The notes below the pieces were generated by a model. That model saw only the letters and a list, made by a program, of their open reading frames with translations. It made no database searches and was not told where the DNA came from. The translations under genes and the position numbers were made by a program. From Mustelus asterias (lineage: Eukaryota), in NCBI RefSeq assembly GCF_964213995.1, contig NW_027590142.1, forward strand, positions 868,001 through 932,000: a DNA stretch of 64,000 nucleotides, in the 5' to 3' direction. Positions 53,027 through 64,000 of this stretch are shown one piece after another; within the stretch, counting starts at the first letter, position 1; every line of letters starts with the position of its first letter.

Positions 53027-55295
53027 AAGAACAACAAGAACAAAGAACAATACAGCACAGGAACAGGCCCTTCGGCCCTCCAAGCCCGCGCCGCTCCCCG
53101 GTCCAGGATTGAATCCTGAATCCAGGATCCCCGCCCAATTTTCCAGCCTATCTACATCCTAATATCCTATCCACCGAGCTGTCCCTCACAGCTACGATGC
53201 TTTGTTCATCACAACCTATTAACTCACCCGCACCCCCCAATTCCAGACCATGTGATCTCCAGGGAGAGGCGAAAACCCAGAGTGAAAACCCCAGGGCCAA
53301 TATGGGGAAAAAAAATCTGGGAAATTCCTCTCCGACCCCCTGAGGCGATCGAAACGAGTCCAGGAGATCACACTGGCCCTGATCAGAAAATGCTTCCCAA
53401 CCCTATTCATTTCCACTTCTGCTTTACGAACACCATCTGAATTCCCTGCCCCCGAGACAGGTTCCCAACTATCCGCAGTCTCGCTCTGTACTGGCACCAG
53501 CAAGATGATCATAGAATGAAGCCTTGAAACGAGAAACAAAGAACAATTAGCCCGCGCCGCTCCCTGGTCCAAACTAGACCACTCTTTTGTATCCCTCCAT
53601 TCCCACTCCGTTCATATAGCTGTCTAGATAAGTCTTAAACGTTCCCAGTGTGTCCGCCTCCACCACCTTGCCCGGCAACACATTCCAGGCCTCCACGACC
53701 CTCTGTGTAAAATATGTCCTTCTGATATCTGTGTTAAACCTCCCCCCCTTCACCTTGAACCTATGACCCCTCGTGAACGTCACCACCGACCCGGGGAAAA
53801 GCTTCCCATCGTTCACCCTGTCTATGCCTTTCATAATTTTATACACCTCTATTAAGTCTCCCCTCATCCTCCGTCTTTCCAAGGAGAACAACCCCAGTTT
53901 CCCCAATCTCTCCTCATAACCAAGCCCCTCCATACCAGGCAACATCCTGGTAAACCTCCTCTGTACTCTCTTCAAAGCCTCCACGTCCTTCTGGTAGTGT
54001 GGCGACCAGAACTGGACGCAGTATTCCAAATGCGGCCGAACCAACGTTCTATACATCTGCAACATCAGACCCCAACTTTTATACTCTATGCCCCGTCCTA
54101 TAAAGGCAAGCATGCCATATGCCTTCTTCACCACCTTCTCCACCTGTGACGTCACCTTCAAAGATCTGTGGACTTGCACACCCAGGTCCCTCTGCGTCTC
54201 TACACCCTTTATGGTTCTTCCATTTATCGTGTAGCTCCTCCCTACATTATTCCCACCAAAATGCATCACTTCGCATTCATCAGGATTGAACTCCATCTGC
54301 CATTTCTTTGCCCAAATTTCCAGCCTATCTATATCCTTCTGTAGCCTCTGACAATGTTCCTCACTATCTGCAAGTCCTGCCAGTTTTGTGTCGTCCGCAA
54401 ACTTACTGATCACCCCAGTTACTCCTTCTTCCAGATCATTTATATAAATCACAAACAGCAGAGGTCCCAATACGGAACACCACTAGTCACAGGCCTCCAG
54501 CCGGAAAAAAGACCCTTCCACTACCACCCTCTGTCTTCTATGACCAAGCCAGTTCTCCACCCATCTAGCCACCTCCCCCTTTATCCCATGAGATCCAACC
54601 TTTTTCACTAGCCTACCATGAGGGACTTTGTCAAACGCTTTACTAAAGTCCATATAGACAACATCCACGGCCTTCCTTCGTCAACCATTCTGGTCACTTC
54701 TTCAAAAAACACCACCAGGTTAGTGAGGCATGACCTCCCTCTCACAAAACCATGCTGACTATCGTTAATGAGTTTATTCCTTTCTAAATGCGCATACATC
54801 CTATCTCTAAGAATCTTCTCCGACAACTTCCCCACCACGGACGTCAAGCTCACTGGCCTATAATTACCCGGGTTATCCTTCCTACCCTTCTTAAATAACG
54901 GGACCACATTAGCTATCCTCCAATCCTCTGGGACCTCACCTGCGTCCAGTGACGAGACAAAGATTTGCGTCAGAGGCCCAACGATTTCACCTCTCGTCTC
55001 CCTGAGCAGCCTTGGATAGATTCCATCAGGCCCTGGGGATTTGTCAGTCTTTATATTCTCTAACAAACCTAACACTTCCTCCTTTGTAATGGAGATTTTC
55101 TCCAACGGTTCAACACTCCCCTCCGAGACACTCCCAGTCAACACATCCCTCTCCTTTGTGAATACCGCCGCAAAGTATTCATTTAGGATCTCCACTACTT
55201 CTTTGGGCTCCAAGCATAAGTCCCCACTTTTGTCCCTGAGAGGTCCGATTTTTTCCCTAACAACCCTTTTGTTCCGAACGTATGAATAAAATGCA
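53027..55295 (-). mobile_element. CR1 LINE with a long 3' UTR
   Basis: ORFs 54608-55213 and 53574-54470 (frameshifted RT); about 540-bp 3' UTR with a GAACAA tail. Confidence 0.9.
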
Positions 55296-56469
55296 ACAAC
55301 TCTCCTGCAACAACTCTTCGCTGCACATGTTCGTTGAGGAAATCTGGAATTAGGGGCACTTTCTAACTATTAATGGAGTGATTCTCTGGGCATGCTCGTC
55401 TCAAAATCCAGAGAATCCAGCCAGAGGTCAATGGACCGTTACATGGCCCACCCCCCACCCGCTACAATTCCCCTGGCGAGCGGGATGGGAGAATTCTGGC
55501 CATGATGTTTCCATTCAATACTGCGATGAGAGGTACGTTTTTTTCCGTCAGAAGTCCTATGGTCCTTATAATGTTCTTCCTCAAAGAGCAGCCAATGCTG
55601 TGTCACTGGATGAATCAAATGCTGAGTTCGACAATTGTTCGAACTACAGGGAATTCAAGTGTTGTGGGGAACACGTGGCAACGTGTTGTTCACACCAAGA
55701 TTGAAACACCCATGAACTTATTGAATGATAGAGGTGTCTACAATAGCCAAGTGGTTGACGTTGGCTCTTATTTATGTCCATTTGATCCGAATAGCACTTT
55801 TCGCTCACCCTAATTTCCTTCCATTGTTGGTAATGTCCAAAGGCCTTCAATAAGAATGTTTCTGTTCTGACTAATTTATAAGATTTCTCAATTTTTCACA
55901 AACCTCGACTCTTCATACTTTTCTTGCAACTTCTAGGATCGTTTCCTTCCACCGGCCCACCCCGCCCCACCCCTTTCCCTGCCCCACCGATCTCCACAAT
56001 TTGAACAGTTGAAATTTTGTTGATTTCCTTTGGTCTGTTTGTGGTTGGATTTCACATCCTATTACCAGTTCCTAGAACTTCTCTTGCTCGTTTTACACGT
56101 CACCTCTCCAAACTCATTCGTCAGTTCAGTATTTTTTTAATTTCCTCTCACCTAATATCGCGAGACCAATGTTTACCTGTAAATCCTGTCTATCGGATAT
56201 GCTTCAGTCAAAATTTGTTATAGATGCCTAACTGTAAGGATGGCTGTCAGCATTTATTTTCCCGAGGAAGTGGTGATGGAAATCCTGCTGCAGCAGCTTC
56301 CCATAGTTGCATTGTATTTCGAGTACAGCCAAAGAGCAAATGCTATGGGAAAGTTGATTAACCGCTTGTTTGACTCTCGCTGGAAAACTGAATGCATCAC
56401 TTTTTCTTCAACAAATTGCTGGCCAATGATCTTCCATCATTCTAAGTCCCTTCACCTTGCTTCATTAGG

Positions 56470-56715
56470 GAATCCTGACAGTGCAGAAGGAGGCTATTCG
56501 GCCTATCGACACTGCACTGACTCTACGAACAGCCCATTCCCCACACACCCCATGCTAACCCATCTAGCTTACAGATCTTTGAAGTGTGGGAGGAAACCAG
56601 AGCACCCGGACGAAACCAATGAAGAAATGGAGAATGCGAAAACTCCACATAGAGAGACACCGAGGCCGAAATTGAACCCGGCTCACTGCCGCTGAGCCAG
56701 CCCTGTTAACCACTC
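56470..56715 (-). mobile_element. V-SINE, diverged
   Basis: TGTGGGAGGAAACCAGAGCACCCGGA motif. Confidence 0.65.
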
Positions 56716-57394
56716 TGATCTCGAGGGTAAGATCATCGAACTGTAGAAGTTTTGTTTTGCCCTCATCCCCTGGATTGCACTCGCATTGTACAATTTTCTA
56801 ATAAATGATCTGAAAGTGTGTTGGCGGTTCACGAAGGTCTGATGGCGCCATGTATAATCGAACTGCGGCCCAGACAGACGGTACTGTGTCTAGTCCAATC
56901 TCAGAACTTCATCCCTGACAGGCGGTAAGAACAGGCCATACTGCTGGCCAGCCACACTTGATGCATGAGAGCGCATCACTTGTGTTAGTAGATGCGACAG
57001 ACGAGTGGCATATCTTCTGGTAGCAGCTGTCAGTGAAATGGGAACAAAGCCATTCTCTCCGGACGAAGGGTTGGAGGAAGTACTTTACCTTGGAGAATGG
57101 ATTATTGCTAGTATAAAACTTCTCTCAGAAATAAATTTTCCGATATTTTCTTTCTGGTCTGCCATCTGTTTTGGTTTCCAGTGTTCCACTCTTATCAATC
57201 ATGTCTCTTAGCACCGCCAATAAATTTTCTTATTTATGTTAATTCGGTGGGTTTGATCCAAGAACTACAAAGATAAAATGATCACGCTCAGAGGCTTCAG
57301 TAACTCACTGAAATGTTGACTTCTCTTTTGCATTACCGTTCACTCCACTTTTTCTTAACATAAGGATGCAATAATATAATGTCATATAGCCGAC

Positions 57395-59222
57395 CGGCCA
57401 AAGGAAAACCCTAAAGCTTTCTATAGGTATGTCAGGAGTAAAAGAATGACGAGGGTAAGATTAGGGCCAGTCAAGGACAGTAGTGGGAAGTTGTGCGTGG
57501 AGTCTGAAGAGATAGGAGAGGCACTAAATGAATATTTTTCGTCGGTATTCACACAGGAGAGGGACAATGTTGTCGAGGGGAGTACTGAGATGCAGGCTGT
57601 TGGACTGGACGGGATTGAGGTTCATAAGGAGGAGATGTGAACAATTCTGGAAAGGGTAAAAATAGATAATTCCCCTGGGCCGGATGGGATTTATCCTAGG
57701 ATTCTCTGGGAGGCTAGAGAGGAGATTGCAGAGCCTTTGGCTTTGATCTTTGTGTCGTCATTGTCTACAGGAACAGTGCCAGAAGACTGGAAGATAGCAA
57801 ATATTGTCCACTTGTTCAAGAAGGGAAGTAGGGACAACCCTGGTAATTATAGACCAGTGAGCCTTACTTCTGTTGTGGGCAAAGTTTTGGAAAAGATTTT
57901 AAGAGATAGGATTGATAATCATCCAGAAAGGAATAATTTGATTAGGGATAGTCAGCACAGTATTGTGAAGGGTAGGTCGTGTCTCACAAACCTTATTGAG
58001 TTCTTTGAGAAGGTGACCAAAGAGGTGGATGAGGGTATAACAGTTGATGTGGTGTATATGGATTTCAGCAAAGCGTTTGATAAGGTTCCCCATGGTAAGC
58101 TTTGGAAGAAAATACGGACACATGGGATTTAGCGTGATTTAGTGGTTTGGATCAGGAATTGGCTAACTGTAAGAAAACAGAGGTTGCTGGTTGATGGGAA
58201 ATATTCATCCTGGAGTTCAGTTACTAGTGGTGTACCGGAAGGATCTGTTTTGGGGCCACTGCTGTTTGTCATTTTTATTAATGACCTGGATGAGGGCGTG
58301 GAAGGATGGATTAGTAAATTTGCGGATGACACTAAAGTCGCTGGAGGTGTAGACAGTGCGGAGGGAGGTGGCAGGTTACAGAAGGACATAGATAAGCTGC
58401 AGAGCTGGGCTGAGAGGTGGCAAATGGAGTTTAATGCGGAAAAGTGTGAGGTGATTCACTTTGGAAGTAGTAACAGGAATACAGAGTACTGGGCTGATGG
58501 TAAGATACGTGGTGGTGTGGATGAACAGAGGGATCTGGGTGTCCAGGTGCATAGATACCTGAAAGTTGGCACCCAGGTTGATAGGGTTGTTAAGAAGGCA
58601 TCCGGTGTGTTAGCTTTTATTGGTAGAGGGATTGACTTTCAGAGCCATGAGGTCGTGCTGCAACTGTATAAAACTCTGGTGCGGCCGCACTTGGAGTATT
58701 GCGTACAGTTCTGGTCACCACATTATAGGAAAGATGTGGAAGCGTTAGAAAGGGTGCAGAGGAGATTTACCAGGATGTTGCCTGGTATGGTGGGAAGATC
58801 GTATGAGGAAAGGCTGAGGGACTTGAGGTTGTTTTCGTTAGAGAGAAGAAGGTTAAGAGGTAACTTAATAGAGGCATACAAGATGATCAGAGGATTAGAT
58901 AGGGTGGATAGTGAGAGCCTTTTTCCTCGGGTGGTGATGGCTAACACGAGGGGTCATAGCTTTAAATTGAGGGGTGAGAGATATAGGACAGATGTTAGAG
59001 GTAGGTTCTTTACTCAGAGAGTAGTAAGGGCGTGGAATGCCCTGCCTGCAGCAGTAGTGGACTCGTCAACATTGAGAGCATTCAAATGGTTATTGGATAA
59101 ACATATGGATGATATTGGAATAGTGTAGATTAGAGGGGCTTTAGATTGGTTCCACTGGTCGGCGCAACATCGAGGGCCGAAAGACCTGTACTGCACTGTA
59201 ATATTCTATGTTCAATGTTCTA
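57395..59222 (+). mobile_element. CR1 LINE, same subfamily as 47116-48958, disrupted
   Basis: RT ORFs broken by stops; near-identical C-terminus ending KHMDDIGIV. Confidence 0.92.
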
Positions 59223-60064
59223 TAAACTTCAGCTTCTCACATTCACCCCTATCGATCCATCTCTTCCTCCATCCATCTCACTCTCCCTCCCTCTCTCCAT
59301 CCATCCCTCTCTCCCCCATCCATCGCTCCCTGCAAAAAAACCATTCACTCAGAACAGCAGCTTCAATCTCATTACCTCAGTCTGTCTTCCAGCCTTTATC
59401 AAATCCACTCTGCACCCAGATACTTTACGCCATTAGATATTACAATTCACGCGTTAAAATCTCTCCAATTCTATATTTGTTCAAAGAGATCACAGACAGC
59501 TGAGAAATCATCAATTCCAGTCCCATTCTGAGCTATGCGGTATATTTATACTTTTTCTCATTTCACAACAAACCCAACACAACGAGCTTTAGATTTGCTT
59601 CTCTTATTATCTTAGTGCCCAGCAGGTGGATTAGAGTGAAATTGACTTCAACCCTTCATTGTCTCAGTTTGTCTCTGTGTTTATGAGAGTGCGTTTGATG
59701 GTGTGCATGTCTATGTGTTTGTCTGTTTGTCTGCATGTCTGTGAGTGTGTGTCTGTGCTTGTGTTTATGTAAGTCTGTGTTTTTGTTTGCATGTCTGTGT
59801 GCGTCCGTGAATGTGTTTGTGTGTGTCTGCCAGTTTGCCTGCAGCTGCTTGTCTGAGATTGTGTATATCCGTATATGTGTTTGTGTGTGTGCCTGTGAGT
59901 TTTCGTGTGTCTGTTTGAGTTTGTGAATGTGTTCGTGTGTGTATGTCTTCGAGTTCGCCTATCGCTGTTCCTGAGATTGGTATCGATTCTGTGAATAGGT
60001 TCATTTGCATTAAATTGTATTAAAATAAAATAATAGCACAATCCTCCAATAAGATCCTTCAGTT

Positions 60065-60780
60065 GCCTGAAGACATCCCGGTGATTCATATCTCTAAAGC
60101 CCTCCCTCATACACCGGCTCTTCAGCCACGTATTCAACTGTATTATCTCCCTGTTGCAAGCCTCACTAGCACGTGGCATGGCGGGGGCGGGGGGGGGGGG
60201 GCGGTAATCCTGAGATTACTACCCCAGAGGTCCTGCTCTTAGCTCTCAACTTAACTCCCTGAATTTTCTTCACAGGACCTCTTCCCCTTTCCTGCCTCTG
60301 TCATTCGTGCCAATATGGACAATGACATCTATCTGTTCACCCTTCCGTTTCAGGATGCCTGTACCTGCTCAGAGACACCCAGGACCCTGGAACCAGCGAG
60401 GGACCACAGCATCCTAGAATGTCTGTCGCTGCCACAGAAACGCCTGTCTGTGCCCCTGGCTATCGAGTCTCCTACAACTTTAACTCGCTTGAACTTAGCT
60501 CGACCCTGCTCTACAGCAGAACCAGTTGTGGTGCCACAGGCCTGGCTACTGCTGGTATTTTCCCCTGAGAGGTTATTCCCCCCACCCCCTCCGCCCCACC
60601 ACCTCCCCAACAGTATCCAAAACGGTATACTTGTTTGAGAGGGGAAGCGCCACAGGAGACTCCTGCATTATATGCCTGCCTGTCCTGGCAGTCACCCATC
60701 TATCTGTCTGGACTTGTGGTGTGAAACCTTCTTGAAGCTAGTGTCTATCACACTCACTTCACCCTGTGTGTTCCGCAGTT
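60065..60780 (-). mobile_element. CR1 ORF1 (SGNH-esterase-like) fragment
   Basis: VKVVGDSIARGTDRRFCG and IIQLNTWLKSRC motifs. Confidence 0.75.
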
Positions 60781-61730
60781 ATAGAGTCATAGACGTTTAC
60801 AGCATAGAAACAGGCCTTTTGGCCCAACTTGTCCATGTCGCCCTTTTATTAACCACTAAGCTAGTCCCAATTGCCCACGTTTGGCCCATATCCCTCCATA
60901 CTCATTTTACCCATGGAACTGTCCAAAATCTTTTTAAAAGACAAAATTGTATCCGCCTCTACTACGGCCTCTAGCGGTTTGTTCCAGGCATTCGCCACCC
61001 TCTTTGTTAAAAATTGCCCTTCTGGACCCTCTTGTATCTCTCCCTTCTCAACTTAAACTTATGCCCTCTAGTTGTAGACTCTCCCGCCTTTTGGAAAATA
61101 TGTTGACCATCAAACTGATCGATGCCCTCGCTATTTTATAGACCTCTATAAGATCAACCCTAAAAAGTCCCAGTATATCCAGCCTCTCCTTATAACTCAA
61201 ACCATCAAGTCCTGGTAGCATCCTAGTAAATCTTTTCTGCACTATTTCTAGTTTAATAATATCCTTTCTGTAATAGGTTGACAAGAACTATACACAGTAT
61301 CCAAAATGTGGCCTTACCAATGTCTTGTGCAACTTCAGCAAGACGTCCTAACACCCGTATTCAATGTTCTGACTGATGAAACCAAGCATGCTGAATGCCT
61401 TCTTCACCACTTTGTCCACCTGAGACTCCACTTTCAAGGAACTATGAACCTGTACCCTGAGATCCTTTTGTTCTATAGCTTTCCATAACACCCTCCCATT
61501 AAATGAGTAAGTCCTGTTCTGGTTCGACCGACCAATTTGGATCACCTTGCATTCATCTAAATAAAACTCCATCTTCCATTCATCAGTCCACTAGCCCAAT
61601 CCTTGATAACCTTCTTCACTGTCCACTATGCCACCAATCTTGGTGTCATCTGCAAACTTACTAACCACGCCTCCTAAATTCTCATCCAAATCATTAATAT
61701 AAGTGACAAATAACAGTGGACCCAGCACTC
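60781..61730 (-). mobile_element. CR1 LINE 3' fragment
   Basis: VQKRFTRMLPGL and KVVKKAFSML motifs. Confidence 0.85.
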
Positions 61731-61731
61731 A

Positions 61732-61758
61732 TTAGGGTTAGGCTTAGGGTTAGGGTTA
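61732..61758 (+). repeat. Short interstitial telomeric repeat
   Basis: TTAGGG TTAGGC TTAGGG TTAGGG TTA. Confidence 0.75.
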
Positions 61759-62110
61759 TCTCTGCACTTGGACACTGAAAAAAAATAATAGAATAAGAAT
61801 CTTACTTGTTTTTGACAAAGAGGGACATTCCCAAACTCTGGGTGGCAACAGCCAGAGGAGTCGCGGGACGAGATTCTCGGGTCGGGAGCTCCGAGGCAGC
61901 GATAACTATGGAACCTCGACTGAATGTTCATAGCTTTCCGCCACCTTCAGATTCTCGAGATTTATTTTAAACAATGGGCGTGGCCAAAATTGACGACGTT
62001 CGGGCCTGATGTCTTTCAGTTCCGCTCTGAGATCCAGTGTCCCAGAGCAGTCCAGCTCTGCAGTCTCCAGCTCCCCGTCATATCAACCATCAGCTCCGGG
62101 CAGCAGAGCG

Positions 62111-62153
62111 ATGGGAATTCTTCTCGTTTTCAGCCTGTGTGTCTATTTACCCA
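62111..62153 (+). CDS. NAR-TCR V leader exon
   Basis: MGILLVFSLCVYLP with a phase-1 donor gtgggt; splices in frame to 62303, giving ...LPRSFS|QSVTQ. Confidence 0.75.
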
Positions 62154-62302
62154 GTGGGTACTGATCACACTAAACTATATTGTGTGGATTGAATATAAAG
62201 CTGCCCCAGTCCATCCCAATTACAGACACTGTCTGGGGTTTTAGCCCCGTTGTGTGGTTCAGCTCTGATGATCCTTTAAACTCTCTTGTGTTTAATTTCC
62301 AG

Positions 62303-62591
62303 GATCTTTCAGTCAGTCAGTGACACAGAGCCCGGCAGCGGTGACCAGGAAGGAATGTCAGTCCCTCACCATCACCTGTGTTTTCTATGGTGGATTCTAC
62401 GCTCGTGCTTTGGAGAGGGCGGAATTCTTCAAACAAACACAGACCGGAACGGAGCGGGAGTGGATCTCCGGCGGAGGGAGATTTGTTGTGTCGGTGAATA
62501 AAGCAGAAAAGAAATTTTCGTTGGAAATTCGGGATGTGAGAGTTGAAGACACCGCCACCTATTTCTGTAAAGCTCATTACAAAGGAGACGG
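62303..62591 (+). CDS. NAR-TCR variable segment (IgNAR-like V of the double-V TCR-delta chain)
   Basis: QSVTQSPAAVTRKECQSLTITCVFYGGFYARALERAEFFKQTQTGTEREWISGGGRFVVSVNKAEKKFSLEIRDVRVEDTATYFCKAHYKGDG. VNAR-type V with no CDR2 (ExIS.GGR), an extra FR1 Cys (ECQ), and Phe in place of the FR2 Trp. Confidence 0.85.
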
Positions 62592-62629
62592 CACAGTGAT
62601 GGGCCTCGGCTTCCCATCATACTAAAACT
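62592..62629 (+). other. V 3' recombination signal (23-class, 22-bp spacer)
   Basis: CACAGTG - 22 nt - ACTAAAACT. Confidence 0.85.
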
Positions 62630-62955
62630 CTCACTGAAGATTTTCACATAAACAAATGAAAAAGCGGAGTTAATCTTCCCTGAAACCCGCACAGTTCCAT
62701 CGCACACCGTCAATCCCACAGTCACGTTTATAATGAGGATTTGATTATTACCGTTAACATTCTGAGTGTTTTAAACAAGGAGTGTGTGCGGAAGCTGACA
62801 TCTTTCCCGGGTTAGGTGTTGATGAATGAAGAATGGAAATGACTGATCCCAGTTACAAACCCAAACAAAAGATGGGATCATCGTCTCTCAGCTGGAACTG
62901 GGAACCGCAGTCCCCGCTGTTTAATTAATGTCCCTACATCTCACACAGTATCTGG

Positions 62956-63028
62956 GGTTTTGATGCTAAATTATAACACTGTGTAAATGGTTAGGAGAGT
63001 CACAGTGAAAAGAAGCTGAGCAAATACC
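62956..63028 (+). other. D segment (62984-63000, TAAATGGTTAGGAGAGT) flanked by 12/12 RSSs
   Basis: GGTTTTGAT-12-CACTGTG, 17-bp D, CACAGTG-12-GCAAATACC. One stop-free forward frame (KWLGE). Confidence 0.88.
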
Positions 63029-63339
63029 TGTGCACAATTACAATATACATTCGCAGGGCCCAGAGAGAGAATTATGGATTGATGTTATTAGCGCTGCAAT
63101 CTGGATTAATTACATTGCACTTTCCATCACTCACATCTTTCTTTGATATTTTTCTCAGTTAATATGAAGCGACTATCTCCTCCCTGGGGATATTTACTGA
63201 GAACGCGGGGCCTCAAAAAGAACAGTTTGAACCGACAGAGACTTCAAAACATTGAATAATATTTATTGATTTAAATCCCCCGAATAATTGGGAACTTCCA
63301 AATGACTGTGATGATTTCCCGTCAAGTTGAGTAGTCGGT

Positions 63340-63377
63340 AGTTCTTGTACGGGGAGACTGAGATCGGTATCACTGTG
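63340..63377 (+). other. J 5' recombination signal (23-class, 22-bp spacer)
   Basis: AGTTCTTGT - 22 nt - CACTGTG. Confidence 0.85.
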
Positions 63378-63429
63378 TACAAATGGTATGATGCCGATGG
63401 CTCAGGGACGGTGGTGACTGTCACAGCCG
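63378..63429 (+). CDS. NAR-TCR J segment
   Basis: YKWYDADGSGTVVTVTA followed by a phase-1 donor gtaagt; G-x-G-T motif with Asp in the F/W position. Confidence 0.88.
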
Positions 63430-64000
63430 GTAAGTGACTCCAAACCCCGCCGTGTTACAAAATGTCTCGTTTAACGTTCACCGTCATTTTATTATCGTGA
63501 TCTGTATCGTTTCAGTCCAATGGATACGGATAAGGATCTGTTTACAGATCCGTTACAGATTTTGATTTGGGAGCAGGACGTGATTTAGGAGTCGATCCAG
63601 GTCAGCCCTGGGGAAAGCGAGTGTGAGACCTGATGCAGAAGGCGGTCAGCGCTGTAGGGATAGTGGTGGTTGTGGGGATGGAAGTGGAGGGGTGGGGGGT
63701 GGATGGGCTGTGATGTGAGGGTTGACAGTATTTGGGTCATTATTAGTTTAACGGGCACATCGGGGTTAACATCCATATCAAGGGCTTTCACTATCCTGAT
63801 AGTTTATAACAAATTATCGGCACTCTGGAATCCACCTTCGGTGTTAATTGTGACCGAGGGAGATCTGCCTGTCTCGAACAGCCCGGCACTGGGATCGCAG
63901 AGCTCTCTCCTGGGCAGTAGACTGAAGTCCCTGCCGTGTAATATGAAGAAGCTACCGGTTGAATGAGATCAGTGCCACCGCGGACAGTTCATTTAACCGC

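Noticed and set aside
60003-60010. Octamer ATTTGCAT upstream of the NAR-TCR V
   Set aside because: It is 2.1 kb from the ATG and separated from it by CR1 fragments; several other octamers occur in repeats, so it is not diagnostic.
63304-63310. GACTGTG as a second J or D heptamer
   Set aside because: No nonamer at the proper spacing.

Overview
Cartilaginous-fish (shark-like) genomic DNA from an antigen-receptor region, dense in retroelements: CR1 LINEs, V-SINEs of the HE1 type, and a Penelope-like element. On the + strand it holds (1) a complete, open IgM heavy-chain constant region (CH1-CH4 with secretory tail, TM1, TM2; 4691-13434), whose V/D/J are not in the window; (2) a tandem pair of single-exon, P2Y/LPAR-like orphan class A GPCRs (a pseudogene at 22937-23900 and an intact, motif-atypical copy at 37645-38643); and (3) a germline NAR-TCR leader-V-D-J cassette with intact RSSs (62111-63429). 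The strongest observations are an IgM cluster physically linked to, and co-oriented with, a NAR-TCR cassette; a G-rich, AID-hotspot-rich switch-like repeat about 1 kb upstream of Cmu; two apparently independent insertions of a hammerhead-bearing Penelope family at the same homologous site of CR1 ORF2; and an intron-containing tRNA-Pro(TGG). All family assignments come from motif recognition, not database searches. Repeat boundaries are approximate.
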